Source of the DNA: Candidatus Thorarchaeota archaeon
GTDB lineage: Archaea; Asgardarchaeota; Thorarchaeia; Thorarchaeales; Thorarchaeaceae
DNA: 64,000 bases
Assembly (NCBI GenBank): GCA_011364985.1
Contig: RDOC01000001.1
Span: 347,124 to 411,123 of the forward strand
Reading direction: 5' to 3'
Within the stretch, counting starts at the first letter, position 1. Every line of letters starts with the position of its first letter. The notes under the pieces were generated by a model. It was not told where the DNA came from and ran no database searches. It was given only the letters and a program-made list of their open reading frames with translations. A program made the translations under genes and the position numbers. Of this stretch, positions 17,035 through 26,518 are shown piece by piece.

Positions 17035-17352
17035 TTAGGTAAGAGAACCTAAACGCGCTGCTGCAGTATCAAGTTTCCCCTTTGTATTTACTATTGTGTC
17101 TGCGCCATAGGTAGGAAGCACCTTCAGTTCTTCAATTAGGAGCGCCGTCGCTCGTGGAGCATCTATCTCCTTTTTATCGAGAGACCCATCAGGAAAAGTT
17201 AAGGACGCTTCCACCCATTTCTGTTTGGTATCATCGGCTGGAAACAGGCAGTAAATATAGTCATCATTGCTGCAGATGAAGGAGGGAGTATTCTCCCAAG
17301 CCTGGGCCAACAATGCACCGAAGGTCTTTGCATTTTCTGCTTTGTCTGTCAT
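17035..17352 (-). CDS. hypothetical protein
   Basis: 105-aa ORF, no recognised motif. Confidence 0.45.
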   Translation of the reverse strand: MTDKAENAKTFGALLAQAWENTPSFICSNDDYIYCLFPADDTKQKWVEASLTFPDGSLDKKEIDAPRATALLIEELKVLPTYGADTIVNTKGKLDTAAARLGSLT

Positions 17353-17430
17353 TAAGAAACCACCCTCGTGGGCTCGATGAAACTGTGAAATCGAGAGCGC
17401 AGGTCCTTATTTGTATTTCTCATGTAAGAC

Positions 17431-17997
17431 CTATGGTCGATGCCAGACAAAGCTATAGTAGGCTATTTGCCCATTATCCTTCACTGTTGCAATGATGAAC
17501 TTCTTACGTACGCTGGTCGCCAACCGGCCTGCGCGAACAATATCAAGTGGGGCAACCCCCTTCTTTTGGGCTATGACATGAACTAGAAAGGGGGCATGAT
17601 CCAGCCCAGGACCACGTTCATAGACTGCAAAATCGGTTCCGAATTTTAGCCCTGGTCGTACAACATATCCAAGATCTCTCAATTCGGAGTAGACATAGAA
17701 TTGATCTTGGAAGGATCTGGATACACCCATACCCAGTTTGACAATATCTTTCACTGAAAGAGCGGCATTTCTAGAGGAGTCATTCACTCTGATTCTTTTC
17801 TTCTCCGTGAGATACGCACATTCAAGCAAGGACAATTCAAGGGGCTTATCGAAATCGGCAGACTTCGGTTTTCTTATTCCGACAGGCTGGCCGAAATAGC
17901 CATTTGCATAGAGACACATAGCACCTTCGTTATTCCATACAACAGCTCTATCGCCTACAAACTCAGCAGTTATGGGATTCTCTAACAATGATTCCAC
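17431..17997 (-). CDS. endA: tRNA-splicing endonuclease (EndA)
   Basis: 188 aa. The catalytic C-terminal domain pattern is YSELRDLGYVVRPGLKFGTDFAVYERGPGLDHAPFLVHV. GTG start. Confidence 0.85.
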   Translation of the reverse strand: MESLLENPITAEFVGDRAVVWNNEGAMCLYANGYFGQPVGIRKPKSADFDKPLELSLLECAYLTEKKRIRVNDSSRNAALSVKDIVKLGMGVSRSFQDQFYVYSELRDLGYVVRPGLKFGTDFAVYERGPGLDHAPFLVHVIAQKKGVAPLDIVRAGRLATSVRKKFIIATVKDNGQIAYYSFVWHRP

Positions 17998-18003
17998 CGA
18001 TAG

Positions 18004-18684
18004 TCAAGTGTTCAACGTTAGTGACAGAGCCCTAATTACATTTGCGGCGTCCTCGCTGAAGTTGGAGAGTTCTTCCATCATATTGATGAAATCGCGGAAT
18101 CGAAGAAGTGTTGAAAACTTGATATCAAGGGCATAAAGTATCGAAACAATGTCTCTCTGAATAGTATCGATTTGCTTCTCCAACCTACAAATCGCGTCTG
18201 CCTTTTTCATGGATTCCTCAATATTCAAACTGAGGAATCTGACTGCCTCTCTCTGTTCTGTGATTTGATCGCTGAAGAGCTCAAAGAATCTATTGAGTTT
18301 CTCCTTTATCTCGCCATCAGGAGTCCAAGAAGGAGTTACTGCAGCGAGGTGGTAGAGGGCTATTTCAGCACCATCAAGTAGCTTGTCGTTGTAGTTTACA
18401 AGTCTAAGAAGATCTTCCCTCTGCATCAAGGAATTGGCCTTTGATAGTTCATTCAGAATGGCTTGCTTGAGTTCATCGGCCTTCTCTTCAAGCTGAGTAA
18501 TCTTCTCCAAGCTCTCCGGGGCGACATTCTTGCCATCCTGAAGCCAGTCGATTATTGCACTTCGTACCATTTTGTTAGCCGAGAGGGCTGAACGCATATG
18601 ATCTTCAATCATTTTTGTAATATTGCCAAGTTCAGAACTCATGTATCTATCATTATCGAGAACCATTCCTGCGCACTCCATCAT
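18004..18684 (-). CDS. DUF47 / PhoU-like family protein
   Basis: A helical protein of about 226 aa from Met63 of the track ORF. The longer ORF would overlap the divergent uppP start. The repeated helical pattern is typical of the DUF47 (COG1392-like) family. Confidence 0.65.
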   Translation of the reverse strand: MMECAGMVLDNDRYMSSELGNITKMIEDHMRSALSANKMVRSAIIDWLQDGKNVAPESLEKITQLEEKADELKQAILNELSKANSLMQREDLLRLVNYNDKLLDGAEIALYHLAAVTPSWTPDGEIKEKLNRFFELFSDQITEQREAVRFLSLNIEESMKKADAICRLEKQIDTIQRDIVSILYALDIKFSTLLRFRDFINMMEELSNFSEDAANVIRALSLTLNT

Positions 18685-18756
18685 TGGAATAGGTGTTTCG
18701 CCTCGTGTTAGCCTTTTTATGTCTTCGGTACTCAACCGAGTTGAGCGAAATCCACC

Positions 18757-19551
18757 ATGGAACCTTGGCATATCATCGTCGCACTGATTCAGGGACTTAT
18801 CGAATGGCTTCCAATTAGTAGCGAGGGCCATGTTGTCCTCTTTGTCTACAATGTTGGTGCCCTGCCTCAACAGGAGATAGTCACTCTAGTGGTATGGCTT
18901 CATCTTGGAACAGCGCTGGCTGTTGTCGCAAGGTATCCAAGAACAGCTTATGAATTGATTACTCTTCGAGACTGGCAACTGCTCAGGTGGTTGATTATTG
19001 CGACTATGGCCACTGCAATCACGGCGATTCCATTCTACATCTATCTCAAGGCAACGCTGACAGCAGCTCAAGGTGAATTTCTGAATGCTGTTGTTGGAGT
19101 ACTACTTCTATTGACGGCAATCGTGCTGTACTTGCCAACAAGAAAGGATGCAAATCCTTCAGGACTTACTACTGAAAATCCCGATAATCGTATTTCGTTG
19201 ATTACTGGGCTGATTCAGGGGGTGTCCGTACTACCAGGTCTAAGTAGATCGGGAGTCACTGTGTCGGCGCTACTGATGCAGAAGGTTGACAAGGAAAAGG
19301 CGCTTCAATTCAGCTTTCTCATGAGCGTTCCGGCTGTCCTTGGCATATTCGCAGTAGAGATACTATGGGGAGGTGCCGCACTGCCTTCAGTAGGAGCAAT
19401 AGACCTGATTCTGATGGAAGTTGTTGTTTTCATAGCAGGACTTGGGTCCATGGAGTTCCTTCTAAGGCTAGCACGAAGAGTTGCGTTCTGGAAGCTCTGT
19501 TTGACCCTTGGTCTGATTGCAATTGCCTTTGGCCTACCTGCATTGCTTTAG
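18757..19551 (+). CDS. uppP: undecaprenyl-diphosphatase (UppP/BacA)
   Basis: Polytopic membrane protein with IEWLPISSEGH and PGLSRSGVTVSALL motifs. Confidence 0.85.
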   Translation: MEPWHIIVALIQGLIEWLPISSEGHVVLFVYNVGALPQQEIVTLVVWLHLGTALAVVARYPRTAYELITLRDWQLLRWLIIATMATAITAIPFYIYLKATLTAAQGEFLNAVVGVLLLLTAIVLYLPTRKDANPSGLTTENPDNRISLITGLIQGVSVLPGLSRSGVTVSALLMQKVDKEKALQFSFLMSVPAVLGIFAVEILWGGAALPSVGAIDLILMEVVVFIAGLGSMEFLLRLARRVAFWKLCLTLGLIAIAFGLPALL

Positions 19552-20274
19552 CTATTCTAATCGTTTCTGGAACATCATCGCAATTGGAGCATTGGCCTGT
19601 CTCCATTCAGCAAGCTTTCCTTCGTAGTTCAGTGGAACTGGATGACGCCCATGATTTCCAATTACTATGAAGATAGTGCCAGCATGTGCCTGCTTAAGGA
19701 GGACCTTGACCCAGTTGTCAGTTCTTCTTACTATCTTTTCAAGGAGAGTCTTTGGTGGAGTCCTATGACCGTACTGAGCATACAGACTCTCAAAGTCAAG
19801 AAAGTGCATGTAGAGGAATTCTGCGCGAGCGACATGTTTAGTTGCCTCGACGTAGGTTTGCATATCGTCACGTCTGTTGACAGTGTAGGCGGGATCAAAA
19901 CCGAAAGTCAGCATATCGTCCTCCCTGCATATGACCTGAACGGCCTTTCCAAAACCTCGTGTATACTCAACGAGATGAAATGATTGAGATGGTCCACGCA
20001 ATATCTTGGAAACAAGAGGTATTGCATAGGGGTCGTCAGTTTCAATCAGCGCAAGAGCTTCCATGTTTTTGATCAATGCCTCTGGCTTGTAAACGACAGC
20101 CTCGAATAGACCGAAGTTGTCAATCACGATAACAATCAATCTACCGGACTTGAACTTGGCTAGAATCTCGGCGTTCGCAGGCGGCATTTCTTCTGGAATT
20201 TCCATTCCCATTAGATTCAGAATTGTTGAGGGAAATTCGGCGGCTGAAGTTCTAACCTGCGGAAACGACACCAA
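19552..20274 (-). CDS. alkaline-phosphatase-superfamily-like protein
   Basis: LIVIVIDNFG near the N-terminus and IFIVIGNHGRHP near the C-terminus resemble the metal-site strands of type I phosphodiesterase/AP-fold enzymes. The assignment is weak. Confidence 0.4.
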   Translation of the reverse strand: MVSFPQVRTSAAEFPSTILNLMGMEIPEEMPPANAEILAKFKSGRLIVIVIDNFGLFEAVVYKPEALIKNMEALALIETDDPYAIPLVSKILRGPSQSFHLVEYTRGFGKAVQVICREDDMLTFGFDPAYTVNRRDDMQTYVEATKHVARAEFLYMHFLDFESLYAQYGHRTPPKTLLEKIVRRTDNWVKVLLKQAHAGTIFIVIGNHGRHPVPLNYEGKLAEWRQANAPIAMMFQKRLE

Positions 20275-20389
20275 GAGACCTCACAGAGCAACTATGAATC
20301 CTTTCATTTATTGGATTTCTGTATCTACATAAAAGCCGGAGATTTTTGTGCTTATACTTATCCCTGATGCCCTCAACTAATGGTATCTG

Positions 20390-21391
20390 ATGGAAGCATT
20401 AATAGACATAGAAACGCAGTGCGCTTGTGGACGTGCCATGACAATAAAGAACATTGTGTATAATCAAAGTATCAAATTTATTCTCTCCGGCGGAAAAGGA
20501 GGAGTAGGCAAAACCAGCGCTGCAGGAGCAATGGCCGTCCTTTCTGCTAAGAGCGGACTAAGAACTCTTGTATTGTCGACCGATCCAGCGCACAGTCTTA
20601 GTGATAGCTTCAAGCAAGACCTCTCAGGAGGAGAGATTATACCTGTGGAGGGCATAGACAATCTGTGGGGCATGGAGATCAGCTCTGAGAAAGGTATGCA
20701 GGATTTTCAAAACGCCATGGATGGAGGAGGGACGGAGATGGAGATGGCGTCCCAACTTCTTGGAAGCATAGGAGATATGACTCCTCCAGGATCAGATGAG
20801 GCGATGGCCTTTGGGAAGATCTTGGAATTTCTTGATGATATGTCATATGACAGAGTCATTTTCGATACAGCGCCCACCGGTCATACACTTAAGCTACTTG
20901 AACTTCCCGAGCTATTGGACAGCTGGCTTGGAAAAGTCATAACAATGAGACAACGACTCAGTTCAACCCTTGCAGGAATTAGAGCCATGTTGGGCGGGCG
21001 AGAACAAGAAGAAACGGCATGGGAAATGCTTCAGCAAACAAAGGAGAAGATAAAGTCAGCAAAGCTGGAGCTACAAGACCAAGAGAAGACCCAATTTGTT
21101 ATTGTGATGATACCGGAAGCAATGGCGGTCTTCGAAACCCAGCGGCTCTTGTCCAGTCTTAATACATGGAATATCCCAATGAATAACATAGTCGTCAATC
21201 AGCTGATCCCTGAGAATCCGGGCTGCGAATTTTGCAGCTCAAGAAGACAAATGCAGCAGAGGAACTTAGTAGACATCCGCGACCTCTATCAAGATATAGA
21301 CATCGTAGAAGTGCCACTTCTTAACACAGAAATAGTGGGGATTGATAGTTTGGAGAATCTTGGCAGAATACTAATCGGGGAGGATCAATGA
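20390..21391 (+). CDS. get3: Get3/ArsA-family ATPase (tail-anchored protein targeting factor homolog)
   Basis: Deviant Walker A GGKGGVGKTS, STDPAHSLSD, DTAPTGHTLKLL, and a CxxC pair (GCEFCSS) as in Get3/TRC40. Confidence 0.85.
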   Translation: MEALIDIETQCACGRAMTIKNIVYNQSIKFILSGGKGGVGKTSAAGAMAVLSAKSGLRTLVLSTDPAHSLSDSFKQDLSGGEIIPVEGIDNLWGMEISSEKGMQDFQNAMDGGGTEMEMASQLLGSIGDMTPPGSDEAMAFGKILEFLDDMSYDRVIFDTAPTGHTLKLLELPELLDSWLGKVITMRQRLSSTLAGIRAMLGGREQEETAWEMLQQTKEKIKSAKLELQDQEKTQFVIVMIPEAMAVFETQRLLSSLNTWNIPMNNIVVNQLIPENPGCEFCSSRRQMQQRNLVDIRDLYQDIDIVEVPLLNTEIVGIDSLENLGRILIGEDQ

Positions 21392-21489
21392 TGCGGTATA
21401 TCTGGAAGAAAAGGCTGATAGGTCTATTCTTTGTATTCCTTTTCATAGCGTCAGTTTTTGCCGCCCTTTCACAAATCTATAAACCATAG
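21388..21489 (+). CDS. candidate 33-aa single-TM micro-protein translationally coupled to get3
   Basis: Its ATG overlaps the get3 TGA (ATGA), and GGGGAGGA lies 5 nt upstream. The product is MMRYIWKKRLIGLFFVFLFIASVFAALSQIYKP. It is too short for the ORF track. Confidence 0.35.
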   Translation: MMRYIWKKRLIGLFFVFLFIASVFAALSQIYKP

Positions 21490-21511
21490 ACATGAATAGA
21501 CTAGAACAGCC

Positions 21512-21655
21512 CTAAACACCTTTAACACGTTTCACAACAGGAGGCCGTATCTTGTAAAGAATTCTTCCTCCGCAATAGGGACACTTCACACCTGGGAGTG
21601 TCTTGAGGCCTTCAGGAGTGACTTCTTTTGAACAGGTATGACATATATAGACCAT
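21512..21655 (-). CDS. rpoP: DNA-directed RNA polymerase subunit Rpo12 (RpoP)
   Basis: The product from internal Met30 is MVYICHTCSKEV...VKCPYCGGRILYKIRPP, the classic Rpo12 zinc ribbon. The upstream extension of the track ORF is unlikely to be coding. Confidence 0.75.
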   Translation of the reverse strand: MVYICHTCSKEVTPEGLKTLPGVKCPYCGGRILYKIRPPVVKRVKGV

Positions 21656-21758
21656 GGAATCACCACACGGGCCGACTGATTTCTTCGACCATTCAAGCAA
21701 AAGCGCGAGACTTGAGTTTATGAAGCTTTTCTTATAGTGCATCGAACTCCCTCTTGCA

Positions 21759-23342
21759 CTACTTCACAACCTCAGCTTCAAGCAATCCAGGGCTCAAGAC
21801 TTTTGTTATCTTTAGCATTAGCAGTGAACCTGCAGAATATCCACCCCTCACCGTCATTATTGGACCTTCTCCGAAAGGATAAACAATTGTGTAGCCGTGG
21901 CGACTCCATGAGGGTTCAGCAGCAATTCCGCACAATGTTTTGCCAAGGTATCGATCCTTCTTGTTTCGATTAATGCGTGATGCAGTCTTTCTCAGCGGCT
22001 CACTCAATGGATCATGGAAAGAAGATTCTGAAAAATGTGAGAAGGCGGATTCAGGAAGTGGACGAAACCCATAGAGTATGATTCGCTCAGCTCCTGCATC
22101 GCTGACCTCGTGCATGATTTTGACCGAAGCCTGCACAGATTCAGCCGTCTCACTAGGTAGGCCATAGATGAAATAGATATAGGGGAACATACCATGCTTC
22201 TTTGCAGTTTTCACAGCATTGACAACGTCGCTTGCGCTCCCACATTTCCCGATTTGTGCCATATGTATATCCGAACCAGTTTCAAGTCCTATATTAGGAG
22301 AGATTGAAGTTAGCCTCTTGGTCAATACGCCTGCAATTTCATCTGCGAACAGACATGCCTTTATGTTCTCAATTGAGAGATGGACATTTCCCGAGTTTAT
22401 TTCTGGTATTGCATTCAGATCATCAAGGAGAGATGCGATTGCATCGTTATTTGCAGGCGGTGCGCAGGGATTTGTTACTGGCGATTCGCCCCGTTGATAG
22501 TCTAGAAAGTCAGGCGCCTCAAGGACAATTCTGTGTACGCCAGAGGCCACCAATTCCTCGATTTCGTTCACGATGGATGCTGCAGAACGGCTTCTCGGAG
22601 GACCCCAAGTGTTTGGTACGCTGCAAAAGCCGCAGCCAGGAGGTATATTTTCAGGACATTCCAATCGTTCGTTCATATTGGAAGATTGGCAATTGCCGCA
22701 ATTGGTACACTCTCGGCCGTCTGGAAGGGGAAGGGTCGTTCTTCCAAAATTGGAACAGCCTCGCAGAACCTCGACGTACACTCTAGCAGCTTGATAATCC
22801 TTATAGTCAACAATTCGTTCTGTAGAGGCCTTATAGTCATTAGACCATTCTTCAGAGGTGATAAAGCTCCGAGAGGGAGTTAAAAACAAGTCGTCATGAT
22901 CCAGATAGGCGATGCCATCTATCTTCGAAAGATCTATATTCTCTGAGAAGAAATCCTGCTCCAGCAGGTTTTCAAGAGTTGCTTCGCCCTCGCCCATAAC
23001 CAAGAGATCGGGTTTCAGGGACTCCAAAACAGGTTTTGGATTGAATGCAATAGGACCACCTATGATCATCCGTCCGTGTGGCCTTTCGTGTTTCCAAATC
23101 TTAGCGAATTTGACTGCTGCAGGAAGGTCCATAGTCATGGCGCTGATGGCAACATGGTTGTATCTCCTTAGCCGCTTCGGGATGACAAGAACATCTTCCA
23201 TTCGCTGGATTTTGCATTGAACCTTCTGTTTTTCCAATACTCCTGCAACTGCACGTGGACCGCATCCTATGGAATCGCGAGAACTCGTACGTCGTCCGAC
23301 ACCAGCGCTAAGCGCATCCACTATGAGAACTTGATCAGACAT
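21759..23342 (-). CDS. B12-binding-domain/radical SAM protein
   Basis: The N-terminus is Rossmann-like (B12-binding-like). The core has RGC...GCGFCSV, split by a CTNCGNC...CP insertion, plus a GGE-like region. Archaeal-type radical SAM protein of unknown function. Confidence 0.7.
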   Translation of the reverse strand: MSDQVLIVDALSAGVGRRTSSRDSIGCGPRAVAGVLEKQKVQCKIQRMEDVLVIPKRLRRYNHVAISAMTMDLPAAVKFAKIWKHERPHGRMIIGGPIAFNPKPVLESLKPDLLVMGEGEATLENLLEQDFFSENIDLSKIDGIAYLDHDDLFLTPSRSFITSEEWSNDYKASTERIVDYKDYQAARVYVEVLRGCSNFGRTTLPLPDGRECTNCGNCQSSNMNERLECPENIPPGCGFCSVPNTWGPPRSRSAASIVNEIEELVASGVHRIVLEAPDFLDYQRGESPVTNPCAPPANNDAIASLLDDLNAIPEINSGNVHLSIENIKACLFADEIAGVLTKRLTSISPNIGLETGSDIHMAQIGKCGSASDVVNAVKTAKKHGMFPYIYFIYGLPSETAESVQASVKIMHEVSDAGAERIILYGFRPLPESAFSHFSESSFHDPLSEPLRKTASRINRNKKDRYLGKTLCGIAAEPSWSRHGYTIVYPFGEGPIMTVRGGYSAGSLLMLKITKVLSPGLLEAEVVK

Positions 23343-23415
23343 TCTATCTATGGAATTGTCTTCATCCTTCTATATTCTTGCACTTGCCTTTGGAAAAACT
23401 ACACCTTCATAGAAC

Positions 23416-23424
23416 TTATATAAA
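23416..23424 (+). promoter_or_regulatory. TATA box (TTATATAAA) in the divergent intergenic region between the radical SAM gene and aSUI1
   Basis: A near-palindromic TATA element lies 62 nt upstream of the SUI1 GTG and 74 nt from the radical SAM start. It could serve either direction. Confidence 0.4.
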
Positions 23425-23485
23425 GCAATAACCAAGGCTGTTCGAGCATTAAGCTGAAACTAAATAACCAGGAGTAAATCACTGC

Positions 23486-23824
23486 GTGAGCGATGAAGGT
23501 GGAATATGCCCGAATTGCGGCCTTCCTACTGACCTATGCGTCTGTGAAACCATAGCTCAGGAGGAAGCCCGTATTACTGTAACAGTTGAACGAAGAAAGT
23601 GGGGCCGACTCACGACTATTGTTGAGGGGTTTGATAAGAATATAGATCTTTCAGACTTGGCTACAAAGCTCAAAGGCAAGCTTGCCTGTGGCGGAGCCGC
23701 AAAGCATGGTCATGTCGAGCTTCAGGGAGACCATAGAGGAACTATAACCGAAGTACTATCCAGACTTGGCTTTCCGGAAGAAATGGTTCAAATCGATTGG
23801 TCATTTGTTGAAGGCCGAAGATAG
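23486..23824 (+). CDS. sui1: translation initiation factor aSUI1 (eIF1 homolog)
   Basis: CPNCGLPTDLCVCE zinc knuckle, then RITVTVERRKWGRLTTIVEGF and LKGKLACGGAAKHGHVELQGDHRG. Confidence 0.9.
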   Translation: MSDEGGICPNCGLPTDLCVCETIAQEEARITVTVERRKWGRLTTIVEGFDKNIDLSDLATKLKGKLACGGAAKHGHVELQGDHRGTITEVLSRLGFPEEMVQIDWSFVEGRR

Positions 23825-23891
23825 TCCTACATCTCTGAAGCAATTAGGCCATGTGGATTACATAAAGCACGGTCTGCCAGATTAGAGGAAT

Positions 23892-24860
23892 TCAGACCAA
23901 GGACATTGTATCAATTCCCAGTTTGCGCACAATCTCTTTGTATCTATTTCTCACCGTGACTTCTGTCACGCGAGCTACTTCAGCAATCTCACGCTGAGTC
24001 CTGCGCTCGTCCATCATAATTGAGGCGACATAGATTGCGGCCGCAGCCAAACCAAGAGGGTCTCTTCCTATCGTGAGGCCCATGTCCCTGCTTCTCTCTA
24101 GAATCTCGACTGTTCGTAGTTGAACAGGACTGGAAAGCTCAAGCTGCGATGCGAACCTAGAGATGTAGTCAATAGGATTACTTAGCGGGATTCGTACATT
24201 TAGACTTCTAAGAAGAAGACGATAGCATTGCCCAAGTTTCTTCTTATCAATGCGTGAGGCATCAGCAACTTCATCTAATGGACGTGGTTTCTGGCGGATT
24301 CTGCATGCTGCATAGAGTGTAGCTGCCACCATCGCTTCTATTGACCTGCCTCGAACCAGTTTCTTCTGGATAGACTTGCGATAGAGCAGAGCTGCCAATT
24401 CTCTAATTGGCTGGGGAATACCAAGTTGTGAAGCCAAGCGCTCCAGCTCAGATAGAGCCTGAGCGAGATTACGGTCCATGGAACTATGAACTCTACTTCG
24501 AATCTGCCATTTGCGTAGTCTATAGATTTCTGACCGTCGCGTTGGACTGAGTTTCCTGCCGCTGACATCTCGATCCCGCCAATCGATTACTGTTGATAGA
24601 CCTTTATCATGCACAGTATATCTCATTGGCGCACCGACTCTGCTTCGAGAATCAGCCTCTTCAGAACTAAAGGCTCGCCATTCGGCGCCTGTATCAATCC
24701 TATGGTCAGAGAGAACAAGACCGCACCCCCCGCACACACGCTCTCCACGAGTTAGATCTTCGACGACTGATGAAGACCCGCACTCGGGACAGGATTTCAC
24801 ATCAGACTCGGGCTTGTGAAGACTGCTCCTTTCTGGAGCATCGCCACGTACAGGTTCCAA
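23892..24860 (-). CDS. tfb: transcription initiation factor TFB, paralog 2
   Basis: CPECGSS...CGGCGLV zinc ribbon, IDTGAEWRAF, two cyclin repeats, VTEVTVRNRYKEI. TTG start preceded by GGAGGAG. Confidence 0.9.
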   Translation of the reverse strand: MEPVRGDAPERSSLHKPESDVKSCPECGSSSVVEDLTRGERVCGGCGLVLSDHRIDTGAEWRAFSSEEADSRSRVGAPMRYTVHDKGLSTVIDWRDRDVSGRKLSPTRRSEIYRLRKWQIRSRVHSSMDRNLAQALSELERLASQLGIPQPIRELAALLYRKSIQKKLVRGRSIEAMVAATLYAACRIRQKPRPLDEVADASRIDKKKLGQCYRLLLRSLNVRIPLSNPIDYISRFASQLELSSPVQLRTVEILERSRDMGLTIGRDPLGLAAAAIYVASIMMDERRTQREIAEVARVTEVTVRNRYKEIVRKLGIDTMSLV

Positions 24861-25035
24861 GTTGGCTCCTCCGTCGATATCTGACCGGTAGATTCTGCCG
24901 GCTATCGATGATGAATCATTGAATTAGAAGACAGTCTCCCGGGACCACAGTATATAACAAAAGCGAAAACACGCTTTTAATTGTATGGACGCCTCAAATA
25001 TCCTTCAATTATCGAAGCAAATGGAAGTTCTACCT

Positions 25036-25971
25036 CTAGGTGGTACGCTCAAAGCCATCTTCAGTTACTATAACCGTGTGTTCTGCCTGAGACACAAACT
25101 GACCCTCTTCCTCTGCAAGAATATGGTGTGCAATAAGAGCACCATTCTTCTGCAACTCTCTAATCGCGAGCTCAAGATCAGCCCTTCTGAGCTGTTCTGC
25201 CATCCATCGCTTGGCAAAAGGGAACTCCTTGTAGTCGCGTCTTGCAATGGATAGGAATTGCTTGGTCCCCTTGAAACGGACCGGCACGCGAATAGGAAGC
25301 ATTTGAAATATCAGCGGATCAGGCAGGTCGGAAACGTTTCCAGAGCCAGTGCTTGCAAACGTTTCGATAGCATAAATCTCATTCTCCTCAACCAATACTT
25401 CGGACTTCCCTGATACACAGGGTACTTGCTTCTCAGCGTGAAGCTCGTATTCTTTTAGTTGATGTCCAGTGAGTTGCTTGATTGGCTCAAATCCAGCGCT
25501 CTTGATTGTGTCCTCGATTAATGCACCGATAGTATTCAACTTCGCTCCGGGTCGAATCATCTCCATGGCAATTCTGGTGGCATCCTCGGAGGCCTTGACG
25601 AGTTTCGCGTGTTCTGGGTTCAAAGCAATTGTGAAGGCACTGTCAGAAATACAACCATCAACATGAGCACCGCAATCAACTGTAACAAGGTCACCCTCTT
25701 GGATTACTGTTTCATCGTCAAGTGGAGAGGTATAGTGCGCAGCAATATTGTTTATGGCAATATTGCAGGGAAAGGACATGCCGGTTGCATTCTCAGAGAT
25801 ATACTTCTCGACGGTCTCAACGATGTCCAAGAGCTTTGTTCCGGGCTTGACCATAGACCGAGCAATATCAAGAGCCTCTTTTGCAGCCACTCCAGCCTTA
25901 CGCCACTTGTCCCAATCACGCCCTTCGCCTTCCTCTTGAATTTCATCTCTTGTTGGTTCATCCTCTGCCAT
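25036..25971 (-). CDS. map: methionine aminopeptidase, type 2 (archaeal)
   Basis: Pita-bread fold motifs: AHYTSP, DLVTVDCGAHVDG, GHQL, and an inserted helical subdomain. Confidence 0.9.
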   Translation of the reverse strand: MAEDEPTRDEIQEEGEGRDWDKWRKAGVAAKEALDIARSMVKPGTKLLDIVETVEKYISENATGMSFPCNIAINNIAAHYTSPLDDETVIQEGDLVTVDCGAHVDGCISDSAFTIALNPEHAKLVKASEDATRIAMEMIRPGAKLNTIGALIEDTIKSAGFEPIKQLTGHQLKEYELHAEKQVPCVSGKSEVLVEENEIYAIETFASTGSGNVSDLPDPLIFQMLPIRVPVRFKGTKQFLSIARRDYKEFPFAKRWMAEQLRRADLELAIRELQKNGALIAHHILAEEEGQFVSQAEHTVIVTEDGFERTT

Positions 25972-26041
25972 TCCAAATCACCTAGAGCGATAGTCCGGTA
26001 TGCTTTGTGAAGTTCATAAAAGAGTGACGGAGAGGGACCAA

Positions 26042-26434
26042 TTACAGAATACCCTCTATTCGTCGTGCGATTCTTGTCATCATGAAGAACATATATCCAA
26101 TGTTGGCACGTTTCGTTGTTAAGACGGCAAGGAGAGCATCTTCTCCCGCATCACAGATGATAATGTATCCTGTTTCACCTTCAACGAGCATTCTCACAAA
26201 GGCGCCTCGTTTTAGCTGTTTGAACACTTTCCGCGTAGCTGTTTCGATTTGCGTGGACCGACCAGCTATGACGTCTTCTTCAGGTATTGTTGCAGCATCT
26301 TGGTCAGGAGGAAAATGTGTACAAATCGGTAATCCTTGCGATCTCGAAATGATAATACTAGCCTGCACATTATTCTGGGAGGCGCGACTGAGGTCTTCAA
26401 GTAGTTGTGTGAGCATTTCTGTCTTTGAGGACAT
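26042..26434 (-). CDS. Roadblock/LC7 (MglB-like) domain protein
   Basis: 130 aa. The pattern L..L......VQASIIISRSQGLPI ... ILVEGETGYIIICDAGEDALLAVL is typical of Roadblock/LC7. Confidence 0.65.
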   Translation of the reverse strand: MSSKTEMLTQLLEDLSRASQNNVQASIIISRSQGLPICTHFPPDQDAATIPEEDVIAGRSTQIETATRKVFKQLKRGAFVRMLVEGETGYIIICDAGEDALLAVLTTKRANIGYMFFMMTRIARRIEGIL

Positions 26435-26518
26435 TTGAGGATGAACCTCCCTACGGGCTGCTTCGCTCCAAAAGGCTCCTCAAGTATTTAAACATGACCA
26501 GTTTGGACTCCAGGCCAT

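Noticed and set aside
17995-18006. The DUF47 gene ends in TGA, and EndA starts two codons later in the same frame. This raised the possibility of Sec read-through fusion.
   Set aside because: Both proteins are complete, unrelated families with their own termini. The tight spacing is ordinary operon packing.
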